A DNA stretch of 64,000 nt, taken from an uncultured bacterium (lineage in GTDB: Bacteria; Babelota; Babeliae; Babelales; JACPOV01). Position numbers and translations under genes: made by a program. Positions within the stretch are counted from its first letter, which is position 1; each line of letters begins with the position of its first letter. Below, one piece after another: positions 62,368 to 64,000 of the stretch. The stretch is from NCBI GenBank assembly GCA_963744715.1, contig CAVUUR010000006.1, positions 160,001 to 224,000 on the forward strand. Direction: 5' to 3'. The notes beneath the pieces were generated by a model. That model was not told the DNA's origin and made no database searches. It was given only the letters and a program-made list of their open reading frames with translations.

Positions 62368-63084
62368 ATGAATAAGAAAATATTCTCATGTATAAGCATA
62401 TTATTTTTTTATAGCAGTATAGCACTTGGGGGTGAAATACAAGAATTTGTACAAGCTGCTTACGACGGCAATCTTGCAAAAGTACAAGAATTTCTTAAAA
62501 AATCCCCCAATAAAATCAATGATTTTACAATACAAAATGAATCATGGGGTTGGGTGGTGGAGAATCAGAAGGGAGAGAAAGATAAAGTAAATGCTTTACT
62601 AGTAGCCGCTCAAAATAATCAGGAAGCTATTGTAAATGAATTACTTAAATATAAAAATCTTAACCTCAATGCTAAAACATCAATATCAGGAAAAACTGCC
62701 CTTCATTATACAGGTAATCAAAATGTGATTAATGCATTAATAAATAAAGGCGCAGATCCAAATATACAAGATGATCTTGGAACGACCCCGCTTATGAAAG
62801 CTGTTGAAAGTGGTGATACGAATGCTGTAAAAAGTTTATTAAAATCTCCAAAGATAAACGTTAATACAGCCATGCCCAATACTCATGAAACTGCTTTGTC
62901 GATTGCTATTGAGTCCGTGAGCCCGGATATGGACATCGTTAAAGCATTGGTAGCTAAAGGTGCAAATATTAATGCTCCTACTGAAAAAGGTAAAACAGCC
63001 CTCGAGTATGCCAAAGAGCACAAATTAACCGAAATCGTAAAACTGTTTGAACAGCAAAAATCAACCCAATCAACCAAACATTAA
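62368..63084 (+). CDS. Secreted single-module ankyrin-repeat protein, paralog of 60002-62173
   Basis: Homologous signal peptide, EFVQAAYDGNLAKVQEFL module, GAGGAG RBS. Confidence 0.92.
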   Translation: MNKKIFSCISILFFYSSIALGGEIQEFVQAAYDGNLAKVQEFLKKSPNKINDFTIQNESWGWVVENQKGEKDKVNALLVAAQNNQEAIVNELLKYKNLNLNAKTSISGKTALHYTGNQNVINALINKGADPNIQDDLGTTPLMKAVESGDTNAVKSLLKSPKINVNTAMPNTHETALSIAIESVSPDMDIVKALVAKGANINAPTEKGKTALEYAKEHKLTEIVKLFEQQKSTQSTKH

Positions 63085-63137
63085 AAATTTGAACATATTG
63101 CAACCTAATTTTTATTAACACCATACAATAAATTATC

Positions 63138-63169
63138 AGACCTCGTTGAACAATTCACGGGGTCTTTTT
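63138..63169 (+). terminator. Intrinsic terminator homologous to 62197-62229
   Basis: agacctcgttg-aacaa-ttcacggggtc followed by a T-tract. Confidence 0.75.
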
Positions 63170-63320
63170 GTCTTTTAACAGCAACCTTCAAAAATTAGTT
63201 AGTAGTAATTGAAATTAATAAAAATTTTAATATAAATAATAACAATAAACTTTATTGCGTTAGTTTTACTGTTATACTAAAAAATAGAATTTTTAGTACG
63301 TATAAAAAAATGCACCCGTG

Positions 63321-64000
63321 ATGATCATCAATACCATTAATACAGCTTTTTTGCCATGGAATAGTCCGCCATTGCTACCATTAACCATCTCATTAATTAT
63401 GGGCATTATATGGCAATCATGTGGATACCCGCTTTATTACACCGGCATTATTACATTATTGATAAGTTTTATCACCTATTGGCACTGCAAACAATATGCG
63501 CAATGGCTTTTTGTCCTCATAGGGCCTTTATTTTTGACAGGAGCATTTCTTTATCAGAAACAACAAACGGATTATGCAAATTTGCATGCACAGCTCATAA
63601 AAAACCCACTTACTGCAACGGTTACTATAACCGATATTGCAAAGATGGATCATGAACGATTTAAATATCATGTTACGGGAATAATCAATCATGCGACGAT
63701 CAATAATCATCCGGTAAATGACAGCATTAACAAAATAATTATGATCCATACCAACACCAACCCATCTTTTTTTGTTGGTGATCAAATAAGCTTACCGCCA
63801 CTCACCATAAAAGAACCAAGCAATAGTTCTTTAAAAAATTATTTTATTAAAGAAAATATTTTGACCTACAGCACTATTCATCCCTTTACCTACAAACTCA
63901 TTGAAAGACCTTATCATTCTTTTTGGCGATGGATTTTTGAGCAAAAACAGAAAATCTTCTTGAATCTAAAAGAAAAAATGTCCCCAACAACCTTCACTTT
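63321..64000 (+). CDS. comEC: ComEC/Rec2-like membrane protein, 5' part (runs off the window; not in the ORF track)
   Basis: Frame open from ATG 63321 to the window end: PPLLPLTISLIMGIIWQ, TM helices, OB-like segment VGDQISL...PSNSSLKNYFIKENI, resembling a ComEC N-terminal region. Confidence 0.6.
   Translation, partial: MIINTINTAFLPWNSPPLLPLTISLIMGIIWQSCGYPLYYTGIITLLISFITYWHCKQYAQWLFVLIGPLFLTGAFLYQKQQTDYANLHAQLIKNPLTATVTITDIAKMDHERFKYHVTGIINHATINNHPVNDSINKIIMIHTNTNPSFFVGDQISLPPLTIKEPSNSSLKNYFIKENILTYSTIHPFTYKLIERPYHSFWRWIFEQKQKIFLNLKEKMSPTTFT

Noticed and set aside
60002..63084. Diversity-generating retroelement template/variable repeat pair
   Set aside because: Differences between the repeats are not confined to adenines and no reverse transcriptase is present.
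63410..63785. Short ORFs 63410-63655 and 63528-63785
   Set aside because: Out-of-frame or antisense to the long comEC-like frame starting at 63321.

Overview
AT-rich bacterial chromosomal window. The mix of housekeeping genes with many Sec-signal-bearing ankyrin, WD40, phosphatase and orphan proteins suggests an intracellular parasite of protists, most like Candidatus Dependentiae/Babelota (TM6); this is an inference from gene content. Housekeeping genes: rseP, nrdAB (class Ic-type R2), membrane pyrophosphatase, murE, ruvX, tsaB, rsmE, gpmI, truA, typA, rpsF/rpsR, rnhB, psd, ftsY, prmC, pilM/pilN-like pair, mutL, a wecB-wecC-oxidoreductase-ppm1-manC glycan operon, MGDG-type glycosyltransferase, cutA, short mutY, glyA, mntH and the 5' part of comEC. 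I saw no rRNA, tRNA, CRISPR array or transposase. Main signals: (1) a 22-residue amphipathic helix shared in register by five effector-like proteins, C-terminal in three ankyrin proteins and N-terminal in a WD40 protein and a PPP phosphatase; (2) about a dozen mostly unrelated exported proteins whose predicted mature N-terminus is Met-Glu/Asp/Gln; (3) modularly shuffled ankyrin genes with a shared promoter pattern and a deletion scar; (4) a Chlamydia-like Mn/Fe ribonucleotide reductase. Several genes carry indels (typA more than ten), most likely sequencing or assembly errors.
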